Source: an uncultured Methanosarcinales archaeon (lineage in GTDB: Archaea; Nanobdellota; Nanobdellia; Woesearchaeales; CAYPCY01). From it: a stretch of 22,527 nt of DNA. Below, in pieces: positions 6,529-15,639 of this stretch (its first letter is position 1; the number at the start of each line of letters is the position of its first letter). The notes beneath the pieces were generated by a model that worked only from the letters and a program-made list of their open reading frames with translations, searched no databases and had not been told where the DNA came from. The stretch lies in the NCBI GenBank assembly GCA_964409385.1, contig CAYPCY010000001.1:294546-317072 (forward strand). Direction: 5' to 3'. Position numbers and translations under genes: made by a program.

Positions 6529-9245
6529 ATTAAGTCCAATTCCTTCATTAATGATTTAGTTTCTTCTTGAGTTATTTTTTTAGAGTTGAATAGTTCAAGA
6601 ACCATATTTCCTGCTTCTATCTTGTTTATTTTCTTTTCAGTTAGCATTCCTTGAAGTGCTTTTTTGTATTTTATTTTATCAAAGGTTTTCTTTTTCAGAT
6701 CTGCAGGTTCAAATTCTTCCATTACTGATTTTTTCTTTTTTTCTTTTTCTTCATCTCCAAATTCTGAAAATAATGATTTTCTTGATACTTTCTTTCTTAA
6801 TTTTACTACCGCGGCTGCTTGTCTGCTTGTTCTTGTCTTTTTATGTTTTAATTTTACTTTTTGTTTTTGTATTACTTCTTGTGTTTCTTTAATTTCTGGA
6901 TGATAATTGTATAATAATGCTCCTGAAATGATTAATACTAAGGATAATATGAATAGTATTATTGATGCTAATTTGCTTTTTGATGCTGGCTGGTCTGTTA
7001 ATGGGTAACTTAGTGGATCGTTAGGGTCTGTTCCTGCATTATATTCTTTATAATTATTGTAATTATCACCATCTGGATCTTCATTAGGTAATGCACAGTC
7101 TACACAGTTGAAATGTTTCCATTCCCACCAGTCTGGAATTCCGTCATTGTCTGTATCCTGATGTGGTGCTGTACAAATACTTGATACGCAATAGTTTCCT
7201 GCACAGTCTGAATTAGTTGTGCAAGATCCTGGTGATTGACAGAATCCGTTCATGCATATCTCTTCAGTTTCGCAATCTACTTCTGAAGTGTCTACAGTGC
7301 ATTCGTCCCCTGTTATTATGTCTGGATAGCATATTCCCTCTTCACAGTATGATCCTGGTGCACAATCACTTGATGTTTCGCAAGCATAAGGATTTGTTGT
7401 TATTGGAATTATAACTTCGAAATTTTCAGTGTCTGCATTTCCTGCCATGTCTGTTACTTTTGCACAGAATAGTGAATTTTCATAGACCATTATTAAATCT
7501 CCATAATTTTTGTTATTTCCAGTTGTATAATCACAAACTTCTGCTAAACTTATTATTGAGTAGGTGAATGCTCCTGTACATCCTGATCCTGAATCTGTAC
7601 ATGAAATATTTACTGTAACGCTTGAATCTCCTTCTATTAATTCATGGCTTGCTGAAGGGTTTGTATCATCACATAATGGATCATCTTCTGTTGTTGCTTG
7701 TACTGTTTTTTCTCCTGATGTTGATTCCCTTCCTGCATTATTTGTTGCTTTTACTTTCCACGTGTAAGAATCCCCCTCTACTAATTCTAGAGAGACTGAC
7801 GCGCTATTATCTGATTTTGTCCAGTTTATTATTGTGCTTCCTGAATGCCAGATTGAATAATTGTAATAGTCAATTCCTGATTCTGGATCTTCTGCAGTGA
7901 ATGATGCTTGTAAACTTGTTAATCCACAACTATTGTTTTGGGCAATTACTTGTGGGGGGTTTGGGTTTGAAGTATCTATAATAATTTCAAAGTTTGTTTG
8001 GCTAGGTGCATAAAAGGATGTTGTTTCATCTTCATAAGTTGCTAGACCATCACAAAACACAATAAATCCGTGAGGTCCATTGTCTAATCCTGAAAATGAT
8101 TTAGTGTGTGTAATATTTTCTTCCGTGTTCATTTCTAGAAGTTCACTTAAATAATCTATTGAGCAGGATGCTTGAACTCCTGTTTCTACAATAACATCAA
8201 AAGTTCCTGTTGATACATAATCATTAGGGGATAGTTTTATTATTTCAAAAGTTTCTTCAAATTCGTAATTTAAAGTAATACTTGTTTGTTGTTCTAATCC
8301 TGCAAGATTCCAACATGTCATGTTGAATGGTATGCTTCCTTCTATCTCTATTGTTGCTCCTGAATAATCAAAGTGGTGTTGTGGTTCTAAAACATAATCT
8401 TCCCAAGAAGATTCTTCATAAGTTGTTGTTCCTAAACCAAAATCTCCTTGATTTACTTCATATGGTAATGGTTCGTGAGTTAATCCACAAAATAATTTTT
8501 GGTTCGAAACTGGAACGGTTAATGTTGAATATCTTTGGCCATAATCAACCAGTGGATTATTGTCAAAAACAGGTTCTAGTGTGTAAGAGTCTGACAAGTA
8601 ACTTATATAAAATTGTTCAACTGTTACTTCGTTTTGTATATTTATACATTGTATTTTTAGAGGTTTCCAACTACCTGAAGGATTTTCATTTAAAGTTTTA
8701 GGGTCTGAATCAAAATCTTGAATAGAATGGTTTCTTCCATCACTAGTTGTGAAGTTAGTATTGGGTGTTCCTGATGCTGCTGTTGTGTATAAACAAGCTG
8801 CTTCTTCATCGGTTGTTAAATCTATATTGAAAATTTGAGAATTTCCAACAACATAATCTGGCCCTTCAATCTCCCATTGTTTTGGAGATTCAATGTTTAT
8901 TTCCATTGCTGGTGCTGATACTTTAAAATAATAAACTACAGTTCCTGGATGTCCTTCATTATCTTTTGCTGTGACTGTTAATTTATAATCTCCGTTCACT
9001 AAATAATCTTGTGGAATAAATTCGAAAATGTTTGGTCCTCCTGAATAAGTAAATTCAATATCAGTGTTAGTTTGTGATGTTTCTATCCAGGTCATTGTTG
9101 CGCCTTCAATACTTACATCTATTGAGTAAGTCATTGTTATTGTTGGCATTGAATGATAAACAGTACAGTTTTCTTCATTACATAATGCTTGAGCACTAGC
9201 TAGAAATAATAAAGGTAATATTAAAAAAAAAATTATTTTCTTCAT
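6525..9245 (-). CDS. 906-aa single-pass surface protein: Sec signal, Ig/FN3-like domains, Cys-rich repeats, thrombospondin type 3-like Ca-binding repeats, TM helix, basic cytoplasmic tail
   Basis: MKKIIFFLILPLLFLASAQA signal; FN3-like DPESGIDYYNYSI...YTWKVKATNNAG; C-x4-DC-x5-C-x4-C repeats; DTDNDGIPDWWE...DPDGDNYNNYKEYNAGTDPNDP; TM LASIILFILSLVLIISGALLY; Lys-rich tail. Confidence 0.85.
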   Translation of the reverse strand: MKKIIFFLILPLLFLASAQALCNEENCTVYHSMPTITMTYSIDVSIEGATMTWIETSQTNTDIEFTYSGGPNIFEFIPQDYLVNGDYKLTVTAKDNEGHPGTVVYYFKVSAPAMEINIESPKQWEIEGPDYVVGNSQIFNIDLTTDEEAACLYTTAASGTPNTNFTTSDGRNHSIQDFDSDPKTLNENPSGSWKPLKIQCINIQNEVTVEQFYISYLSDSYTLEPVFDNNPLVDYGQRYSTLTVPVSNQKLFCGLTHEPLPYEVNQGDFGLGTTTYEESSWEDYVLEPQHHFDYSGATIEIEGSIPFNMTCWNLAGLEQQTSITLNYEFEETFEIIKLSPNDYVSTGTFDVIVETGVQASCSIDYLSELLEMNTEENITHTKSFSGLDNGPHGFIVFCDGLATYEDETTSFYAPSQTNFEIIIDTSNPNPPQVIAQNNSCGLTSLQASFTAEDPESGIDYYNYSIWHSGSTIINWTKSDNSASVSLELVEGDSYTWKVKATNNAGRESTSGEKTVQATTEDDPLCDDTNPSASHELIEGDSSVTVNISCTDSGSGCTGAFTYSIISLAEVCDYTTGNNKNYGDLIMVYENSLFCAKVTDMAGNADTENFEVIIPITTNPYACETSSDCAPGSYCEEGICYPDIITGDECTVDTSEVDCETEEICMNGFCQSPGSCTTNSDCAGNYCVSSICTAPHQDTDNDGIPDWWEWKHFNCVDCALPNEDPDGDNYNNYKEYNAGTDPNDPLSYPLTDQPASKSKLASIILFILSLVLIISGALLYNYHPEIKETQEVIQKQKVKLKHKKTRTSRQAAAVVKLRKKVSRKSLFSEFGDEEKEKKKKSVMEEFEPADLKKKTFDKIKYKKALQGMLTEKKINKIEAGNMVLELFNSKKITQEETKSLMKELDLI

Positions 9246-11953
9246 TCTATAGTTATCAATATTGGTATTGGGGCATTAATTCCAATTCCTGTTTCTACAG
9301 TTCCTGTATTATGAACTACATCTTGACAGTTTAGAATGTGCCAGTAAGAACCATCTGCTACTTCCATTGTTAAAGTGTAAGTTCCAATATCTAGTTCTGT
9401 AGTTTGTAAGTTTTCAGCAATTAACTCTTCTAACCCTTCAGTTTCAGAGTCATACAAGTAATCACTACACCATACTTTTTCATAAACTTCCAAATTTATT
9501 ATTAATGTGGAATTTTCACTTTCTGTCATTGCGAAAGACCATGTTATATTAGGCATTAACATTTCTGCATCTACTACTGCATTAATATGTTTTACAATTT
9601 CTAGATTGTTTGCATTGTCTTCGGTGTAGTAGTATATTCTGTAGTTTCCGGATTCATTAATTTCTTCTGTTGTTATTGAGTTATTTTCTACTTCTATTAT
9701 GGGATATGAATAATTATAATAATATTCTGCTTGTTGTTCTTTAGCAACAACATTTTCTTCTTCCTCTTCTTCTTGATATTGTTGTTCTTTGGCAAATGAG
9801 AAATAAGTGTTAAATCCTGAAGTTGCTTTATTATCTGTTATTACTATTGGAATGTTTAATTCTTTTGGTAGGATTATATTTTCTTCATTTACAAGTATTA
9901 AATTTGTTACGGGTGGTGTCATGTCATTAGCATTATTATCTTCATTAAAATCTCCATCTGCATCTTTTCCGCAAGTATTTCCAAACCATTTACAAAGGTT
10001 GAATCCTGGCAGGCTTCCAAAGTGAGAATCTGCATTTGTTAAAACTTCGTGAGTACCGCCAATTCTTTGTTCTGGATCTAATTCTCCATTTTCGTCTGTA
10101 GCGTAAGTTACACTTATTTGAACACTTTGATTTAGTTTATTTTCACCTTCTAAAGATAAATAATTTGCTGAATTAATACATAATTCTTGATTATTAAAGA
10201 AGTTACAATTTACAGTATCTAAGTCTATACAGTCTTCACTTTCACCTAGGAAACATTTTCCCATCATTGAACATCTTTCTTGATTGCAAGTTCCAAAGAA
10301 TTTGTTAAAGGTCATATCAGTACATTTTGAACAGTCTTGTTTTATTTCTTGTATTGGTCTACAAACTCCTACTCCTATCTCTTCTGTTGATGTTTCCATC
10401 CATTGACAAGGCCCTCTATTACAACTGTCTATTCCGTTTTCTCCTTGGCAAGAATCTTTTGATCTATAGTCGTAACAAGTATTTACTTCAAGGCATTGTC
10501 TATAATTATCAACTACTATTGGCGTATAGTCTATAAAACAAGTGTCTAATTCGTTACAACGTATTCCATCTACTAACTTATTTTCATTTAAGAAAATTCC
10601 TAATGGCCCATTACATAATCCGCATGGTGCTTGTTCTATGCAAGATGCAGTATTTGTTTCATAATTATCCACGCATACATTTCCTTGTTCGCATGTTGTT
10701 TCTTCTATAGTGTATGAGTCTGTGCACGAGTCATAAGTTGTTGCGCCAGTACATTGACTTTCTCCGGGAAGGTTACATTCTCTTTCATCAAATGGAACAC
10801 ATGCATAATTTGATTCTAAACTAGTAGTTGTTTCTCCTAAATCATAATATCCTATTACTCCATAACAATAATTTTTTGCTTCTTCACCTATTATATAATC
10901 GGGATAGTATGTTGCACTTATTCTTTCTGTTGTTATATAGTCTGCTCCTTCGAAAGGATTACATTCTAATTCTGTTGAAGTGATACATCTTATTACATCA
11001 AATTCTCCATTTTCACAACCTTCTACTATCCAGTTTAGACTAACTGCTCTTTGGTTTTCCATTTCTTCTGCTGTTAAGGTTATTTCTGAATCTTCTCCAA
11101 GGCAAGAATCTCCTTCTTCGTATGTTATTATTTCGCAAGTATCAGAATTTCCCCAGCATATTTGATTTATTTCATCAGTGCATGTTGCTTCTAATGCAAC
11201 TCCTGAAATTCCTTCTAATGTTCCTGTTTCTCCTGACGAACAACAAGTACTGCTTGAATATCCTAATTCTGCTGACAATTCTGAACAACCTATTGTTTCA
11301 CAATTAAGAGTTAGATTTACTTCAACATCACTTTCTGATATTGTTACTGATTCAGAAGCAGTGCAGCTTTGATAATTTGCAGTTAGGTAATAAGTTGTTC
11401 CATCTTCTGCCTCTTCAAAAGAGTAAGTTCCGTCTGAATCTGTTCCTTGTACTATTGTCGTTATTCCTTCTGTTATGAATACTTGAACATTTTCTACAGG
11501 TTGGTTTGTTTCATCAAATACTGTTCCTGATATTGTATGGACTATTTCTTCTTGTATACATTCTTCTTGATTTAATACTAAACCTGTTCCTTCTTGATTA
11601 AAACAGTCTAGATTTGACATCCATAAATTTCCAGAACCTAAAATACAACATCCTAGTTCTTGTGGATAAGTACATACTGCATCAGTAGTTATTGAATTGT
11701 CAAAAGTTCCTTCACAATTATATTGTGAAGTTAGATAATCTGGAATTTCACCCTCGTTATCATCATCACAACATCCTATTTGACAACTTTCAAGACCTAC
11801 ACAACTACCTTCATCTATTAATTCGTATCCTGAAGTTGTGCAAGAATCTTCTTCTGTACAATATCCTGTAGTGTCTAGGCAACATTCTGCACTCGTAAAG
11901 CTTGCAAATACTATAAAAACAGTTAATATTAGTAGTAAACTTTGTATTCTCAT
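9242..11953 (-). CDS. ~903-aa secreted acidic Cys-rich protein with a carboxypeptidase-regulatory-like (transthyretin-like) beta-sandwich
   Basis: Sec signal ending FTSA; TISGTVFDETNQPVENVQV...TDSDGTYSF motif; dozens of Cys. GAGGGTG Shine-Dalgarno at 11958-11964 favours ATG 11953 over TTG 11956. ATGA overlap with the 9245 start. Confidence 0.85.
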   Translation of the reverse strand: MRIQSLLLILTVFIVFASFTSAECCLDTTGYCTEEDSCTTSGYELIDEGSCVGLESCQIGCCDDDNEGEIPDYLTSQYNCEGTFDNSITTDAVCTYPQELGCCILGSGNLWMSNLDCFNQEGTGLVLNQEECIQEEIVHTISGTVFDETNQPVENVQVFITEGITTIVQGTDSDGTYSFEEAEDGTTYYLTANYQSCTASESVTISESDVEVNLTLNCETIGCSELSAELGYSSSTCCSSGETGTLEGISGVALEATCTDEINQICWGNSDTCEIITYEEGDSCLGEDSEITLTAEEMENQRAVSLNWIVEGCENGEFDVIRCITSTELECNPFEGADYITTERISATYYPDYIIGEEAKNYCYGVIGYYDLGETTTSLESNYACVPFDERECNLPGESQCTGATTYDSCTDSYTIEETTCEQGNVCVDNYETNTASCIEQAPCGLCNGPLGIFLNENKLVDGIRCNELDTCFIDYTPIVVDNYRQCLEVNTCYDYRSKDSCQGENGIDSCNRGPCQWMETSTEEIGVGVCRPIQEIKQDCSKCTDMTFNKFFGTCNQERCSMMGKCFLGESEDCIDLDTVNCNFFNNQELCINSANYLSLEGENKLNQSVQISVTYATDENGELDPEQRIGGTHEVLTNADSHFGSLPGFNLCKWFGNTCGKDADGDFNEDNNANDMTPPVTNLILVNEENIILPKELNIPIVITDNKATSGFNTYFSFAKEQQYQEEEEEENVVAKEQQAEYYYNYSYPIIEVENNSITTEEINESGNYRIYYYTEDNANNLEIVKHINAVVDAEMLMPNITWSFAMTESENSTLIINLEVYEKVWCSDYLYDSETEGLEELIAENLQTTELDIGTYTLTMEVADGSYWHILNCQDVVHNTGTVETGIGINAPIPILITIE

Positions 11954-11994
11954 CAAACACCCTCTTTTTTACTATTATTTATTGAAGATGTTTC

Positions 11995-12021
11995 CTATAT
12001 AAAATTTGCGAAAACAAATTT
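11995..12021 (-). promoter_or_regulatory. BRE/TATA promoter of the 11953->4179 operon with an overlapping palindrome AAATTTG-N6-CAAATTT
   Basis: Minus strand CGCAAA-TTTTATATAG; inverted repeat at 12002-12008 / 12015-12021. Confidence 0.65.
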
Positions 12022-12052
12022 CTTTTTTTATGTTTATTTTTTTCGTTAAAAA

Positions 12053-12127
12053 ATGAAAGAATTGATTAAAGAAGGAAGAAAAAGGAGCAGAGCTAGAGAA
12101 AAGAGGATGTTAAAATCATTTGTTTAG
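12053..12127 (+). pseudogene. C-terminal remnant of a VapB-like antitoxin (MKELIKEGRKRSRAREKRMLK...)
   Basis: Short basic reading frame directly upstream of a PIN pseudogene. Restoring G at 12117 gives a TGA stop in an ATGA overlap. No N-terminal DNA-binding domain is left. Confidence 0.5.
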
Positions 12128-12421
12128 ATTCTAGTTTCATAATAGATTAATCTTAAGGGTGTTGAGTCTGCTAAAAGAATTCTTGAAAAACATAAGAAAG
12201 AAATAATATATATTACTGAAATATCAATTTTTGAAATAGTTCAAGGTTTAGATTACATTACTAGAAAACATAAACTATCTAACAAAAAACTGGATCTTTT
12301 GATTGATAATGAGGATTGTTTAATTGCTGGGTATATGCGAAGGTTTGGTTGTGATAAGATTATAACAAAAAATGCTAAACATTTTTCTAAAATTAAGGGT
12401 ATTAAAGCTATTAGTTATTAG
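12115..12421 (+). pseudogene. vapC: VapC/PIN-domain toxin pseudogene
   Basis: ATC-ICLDSSFIID, a +1 frameshift near 12149, then (Y)LKGVESAKRILEKHKKEIIYITEISIFEIVQG...IDNEDCLIAGYMRRFGCDKIITKNAKHFSKIKGIKAISY-TAG. PIN motifs (LDSS, FE, DCLIA, TxNxKHF) are present, but the start codon is lost and the middle looks shortened. Confidence 0.88.
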
Positions 12422-12468
12422 TACTTTTTAATAACTACAAATTGAATGTCTCGGAAGAGTTTCGGAGG

Positions 12469-12617
12469 TTGAAGAATATCTGATAAGATTGAAGAAAATC
12501 TTTCATGCTGTTTCGGAATGTTTTCAACAATCCAAGAATAATTCACATAATTCAAGAAAATAATTCGAACATTGAAGAATAAACCACGAACTTGAAGAAA
12601 ACTTTTCAATTGAAGAA
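12469..12617. repeat. ~20-bp periodic array of a TTGAAGAA-like octamer with variable spacers
   Basis: TTGAAGAA at 12469, 12489, 12572, 12592, 12610; variants TTTCGGAA 12511, TCCAAGAA 12531, TTCAAGAA 12551. Confidence 0.6.
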
Positions 12618-12630
12618 CTTCTAACAGAAT

Positions 12631-15600
12631 TTACGGAGAATCTTCTACACATATTGCAACAACACAATGATAACCAGGTGCACATTTAGCATCATTATTA
12701 TTCCAACAAGAAGTATAACATTCTGCAGGATTTAATCCTTGATTTACTGCATAATTTCCACAATCCCTAAGTTGACAATTTGAATCACAATATTCATAAC
12801 TATTAATTGCAGAACCTTGAGTAATACCATCACAATCCAGATGTGCAAAACAATCTTTTGAAAAATCACGAACACAAACATTATCAGAAACATATTCACA
12901 ACCAGTATTACAACTTGTAAATGTATTACCAACTATACATTCATTTAAACTAATATCTCCTAGTAATAATTCTTCATAAGTTAAACCATCACACTCATTA
13001 TTATTATCACATTCACAATTCACTGGAGAACTACAACTTCCCGAACCACATTCTGCCTGGCAAGAGTAAGGACCTGTTGAATCATAAACATCATCAGGAT
13101 TTGACTGCCTAAAAACTTCATTACAAATACCATCCCCTCCCAAACTAAAGAAAGTTTCAAAACTCTCTCCAGACCCATAATCAATACAGTTTAAAGGAGT
13201 ATTTCTTATGTTTGTGTTATCTGGCCCTTGACATCTTTCAGTCTGGTCATCAACTCCTAGATTATCATCACCACAAGAAGTTAAAGTAAAAACATCTTCT
13301 CCTTGTCCTGAACAAATATTTCCTCTATCTTCTGAACATTTCTTTTCAAAAGTTCTTGAATAAATATCATTTTCCTGGTCAACACCAATACTTACAAGTT
13401 GTCTATTGTAAGGACCTAACAAATCTAATTTGTTCAATTGTTGATCTGTTAGTTTATTCACAGGTCCGTACTCTGAATAATCAAAACAAGTTGTTCCAAC
13501 CCCTAAAAATTCATAATCAGCCCCACAACAAGCATGATCTGCAAAGAAAGGATTAAGTTCAGAACTATAACCAGTAAGTCCTGGAAATAAGACTGTCTGT
13601 AAATTATTAAAAGGATAAGCAGGTGCATTACTTGAATAAGGAAGGCATTCAGTAACATTAACTTCTAAATAGGCGGGTTCTCCCCATTGTTCTAAAGTTC
13701 CAACTCTTAAACTTAAGTTGTAAACTCCAGTAGTAATAAATATTTTTGAATCAATATTTTGAATATCTTCTTCATTTTCAGTTATATTATCTGGAATTAC
13801 AAAGTAAGGATTTGAAGTATTTACAGAAAACAGTTCATAAGGATTAAAACCAGTAGTATATCCGCTCCAATTATATCCACTTATTGCTAACGCAAAACTT
13901 ACTGATTCTGAACCATCTAAATAATACTTGTCCTCAATAGAAGTCATATTTTCATTAAGTCCATACTCATTATTTCCTTTAATTATTGCTTTCGCAAGAT
14001 CATAAATCCAAATTTCTAATAATTGATAATCAATATTTCCTGAATCATCCACTACCTCCACAGTCAAATTATGAATTCCAATATCACTCCTATTAGTTTC
14101 ATAACTAGTAACCCATTTTCCACCTATAAATTTTAAATTTCCACTCCAATTTCTAGGAATAATGTCATAGTCATAATAAGTGCATTCTTCAACTAATTCT
14201 CTAAATGTTATCATTAAATTATTAGCTTTCTCAACCAATGCACATTCTTCATCCAACCAAGAATCATAAGTTTCCTTCCATCCTTTGAAAACATACCCAA
14301 CATTTTCTAAATCAGGATCTTTACCTTCAGGTTTTAATTCAACAGTATCATTCTCTAAACGAGTAATTGGACTTTCTATCCAGTTTAATACCGGAATCCT
14401 ATTCTCTACTAAATATTGAAAGAAATAAGGTTCTCCACCAATTAAAGAATTATAATCTGTTATTCTAACAACATAATCATAATCTAATTGTTCTCTGTTA
14501 ACATCAATACTAGAATCCCAACAAAATTCAGGTCTAAAAAAATCAGTACAATATTCATAATTAGTTTTTGACCTATCAAAAAATAATTCTCTAGAATCTT
14601 GTTTTGTCAAATAAAAAGCTAAATTATAAATTTTCATTAATCTAACAGGAAGACTTTTTTCAAAACTATAAACTTGGGTTACTGGTTTTCCACCTCTTAA
14701 TCTAATAGTAAGAGGATATTCAGCAATAAATTTAGTTGATGAAGGTAAATAAGCTATTTTAACAGAAGGGTCCGCATCTGAAATATTATATCCGAAAGAA
14801 CTCGCTAAATAACTAATATTCACACAATTCCTTAATTTACTTGAAACTGCTTTTCCTAATTCGTCCTGAAAACTCTTTCCCTTCATTTCTTGAATAAAAT
14901 CATAAGTTGTTGGCATGCAAGTTCCTGCAGAATACAATATTGATTCAGTTTCTGGACTGTTTAATCCAGTTAAATTACAAAGACTAGGAAGAAAAACACC
15001 TCCATAATGACCATCATAAAACAATTTTCTAGGTTCCCAAGTCAAATCATCATTTAACTCTTCAAAAGTTCTTTCTGGAATTGGATAGTCAGGAACAGGC
15101 AATTTAAAACCTGTATCATTCTGGAAATAAGTATAATTACTTGAAGTTCTTAATATTCCGTAAGAAACATTTGCTGTGATATTATTATGTTCAATCTCTA
15201 TGTGTTTTCCTAATGAAGTTGTTCCTCCTTGTTCAGTATAAAGTCTTGATTGACTACCAACTTGCAATAAAGCATTAGATCCTGTAATATCCAAGCAAGA
15301 TTCTACATATGATTTGATTGCATAAGTTTCTATGAATGAAGCTAATACTCTTTCTGATTCTTGTTTTAATTTTGCTTCTTGAGAAACACTCACTGCGAAG
15401 AATAACAATCCAAAACTTACTAGTATTACAACCCCTAATAACATGAATATAGTCAGTTGTCCTTTTGACGAAGACAAATTGACAATTTCAAAACAGTTTC
15501 TATGTTTTGTAGGTTGTCCTTTTGACGAAGACAAATTGACAATTTCAAAACAGTTTCTATGTTTTGTAGGTTGTCCTTTTGACGAAGACAAATTGACAAT

Positions 15601-15639
15601 TTCAAAATCTTTTTTCGATTTTTTTAGTTGCGCTTTCAT
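12631..15639 (-). CDS. 1002-aa giant pilin-like adhesin: repeat-expanded class III leader, Ig/PKD-like middle, Cys-rich C-terminus
   Basis: KG|QLTIFMLLGVVILVSFGLLFFA; Ig/PKD-like segments (IGIHNLTVEVVDDSG, YLDGSES...YNW, TGVYNLSLRV); Cys-dense last ~340 aa; ATGA-coupled to the S8 protease gene. Confidence 0.82.
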   Translation of the reverse strand: MKAQLKKSKKDFEIVNLSSSKGQPTKHRNCFEIVNLSSSKGQPTKHRNCFEIVNLSSSKGQLTIFMLLGVVILVSFGLLFFAVSVSQEAKLKQESERVLASFIETYAIKSYVESCLDITGSNALLQVGSQSRLYTEQGGTTSLGKHIEIEHNNITANVSYGILRTSSNYTYFQNDTGFKLPVPDYPIPERTFEELNDDLTWEPRKLFYDGHYGGVFLPSLCNLTGLNSPETESILYSAGTCMPTTYDFIQEMKGKSFQDELGKAVSSKLRNCVNISYLASSFGYNISDADPSVKIAYLPSSTKFIAEYPLTIRLRGGKPVTQVYSFEKSLPVRLMKIYNLAFYLTKQDSRELFFDRSKTNYEYCTDFFRPEFCWDSSIDVNREQLDYDYVVRITDYNSLIGGEPYFFQYLVENRIPVLNWIESPITRLENDTVELKPEGKDPDLENVGYVFKGWKETYDSWLDEECALVEKANNLMITFRELVEECTYYDYDIIPRNWSGNLKFIGGKWVTSYETNRSDIGIHNLTVEVVDDSGNIDYQLLEIWIYDLAKAIIKGNNEYGLNENMTSIEDKYYLDGSESVSFALAISGYNWSGYTTGFNPYELFSVNTSNPYFVIPDNITENEEDIQNIDSKIFITTGVYNLSLRVGTLEQWGEPAYLEVNVTECLPYSSNAPAYPFNNLQTVLFPGLTGYSSELNPFFADHACCGADYEFLGVGTTCFDYSEYGPVNKLTDQQLNKLDLLGPYNRQLVSIGVDQENDIYSRTFEKKCSEDRGNICSGQGEDVFTLTSCGDDNLGVDDQTERCQGPDNTNIRNTPLNCIDYGSGESFETFFSLGGDGICNEVFRQSNPDDVYDSTGPYSCQAECGSGSCSSPVNCECDNNNECDGLTYEELLLGDISLNECIVGNTFTSCNTGCEYVSDNVCVRDFSKDCFAHLDCDGITQGSAINSYEYCDSNCQLRDCGNYAVNQGLNPAECYTSCWNNNDAKCAPGYHCVVAICVEDSP
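15456..15639. repeat. In-frame 57-bp tandem repeat (19 aa) in the leader of the giant pilin-like gene
   Basis: Units start at 15456, 15513 and 15570 (identical through 15607, then diverged), plus a partial unit at 15627. Protein: KAQLKKSKKDFEIVNLSSS / KGQPTKHRNCFEIVNLSSS x2 / KGQL. Confidence 0.95.

Noticed and set aside
9728..9797. Short AKEQQ duplication around a poly-Glu tract in the 903-aa protein
   Set aside because: Looks like ordinary local slippage in a linker, with no evidence of function.
12140..12160. Programmed frameshift or stop-codon recoding rescuing vapC
   Set aside because: No slippery sequence, the start codon is also lost, and all three stop codons terminate genes normally in this window.
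12418..12609. 63-aa minus-strand ORF
   Set aside because: TTG start without a clear ribosome-binding site, no recognisable motif, and it overlies the periodic non-triplet array; probably spurious.
15456..15626. CRISPR array (the 39-nt GTTGTCC...TCAAAAC portion looks repeat-like)
   Set aside because: The first two 18-nt 'spacers' are identical and short, the unit is in frame within a CDS, and no cas genes or leader are present.
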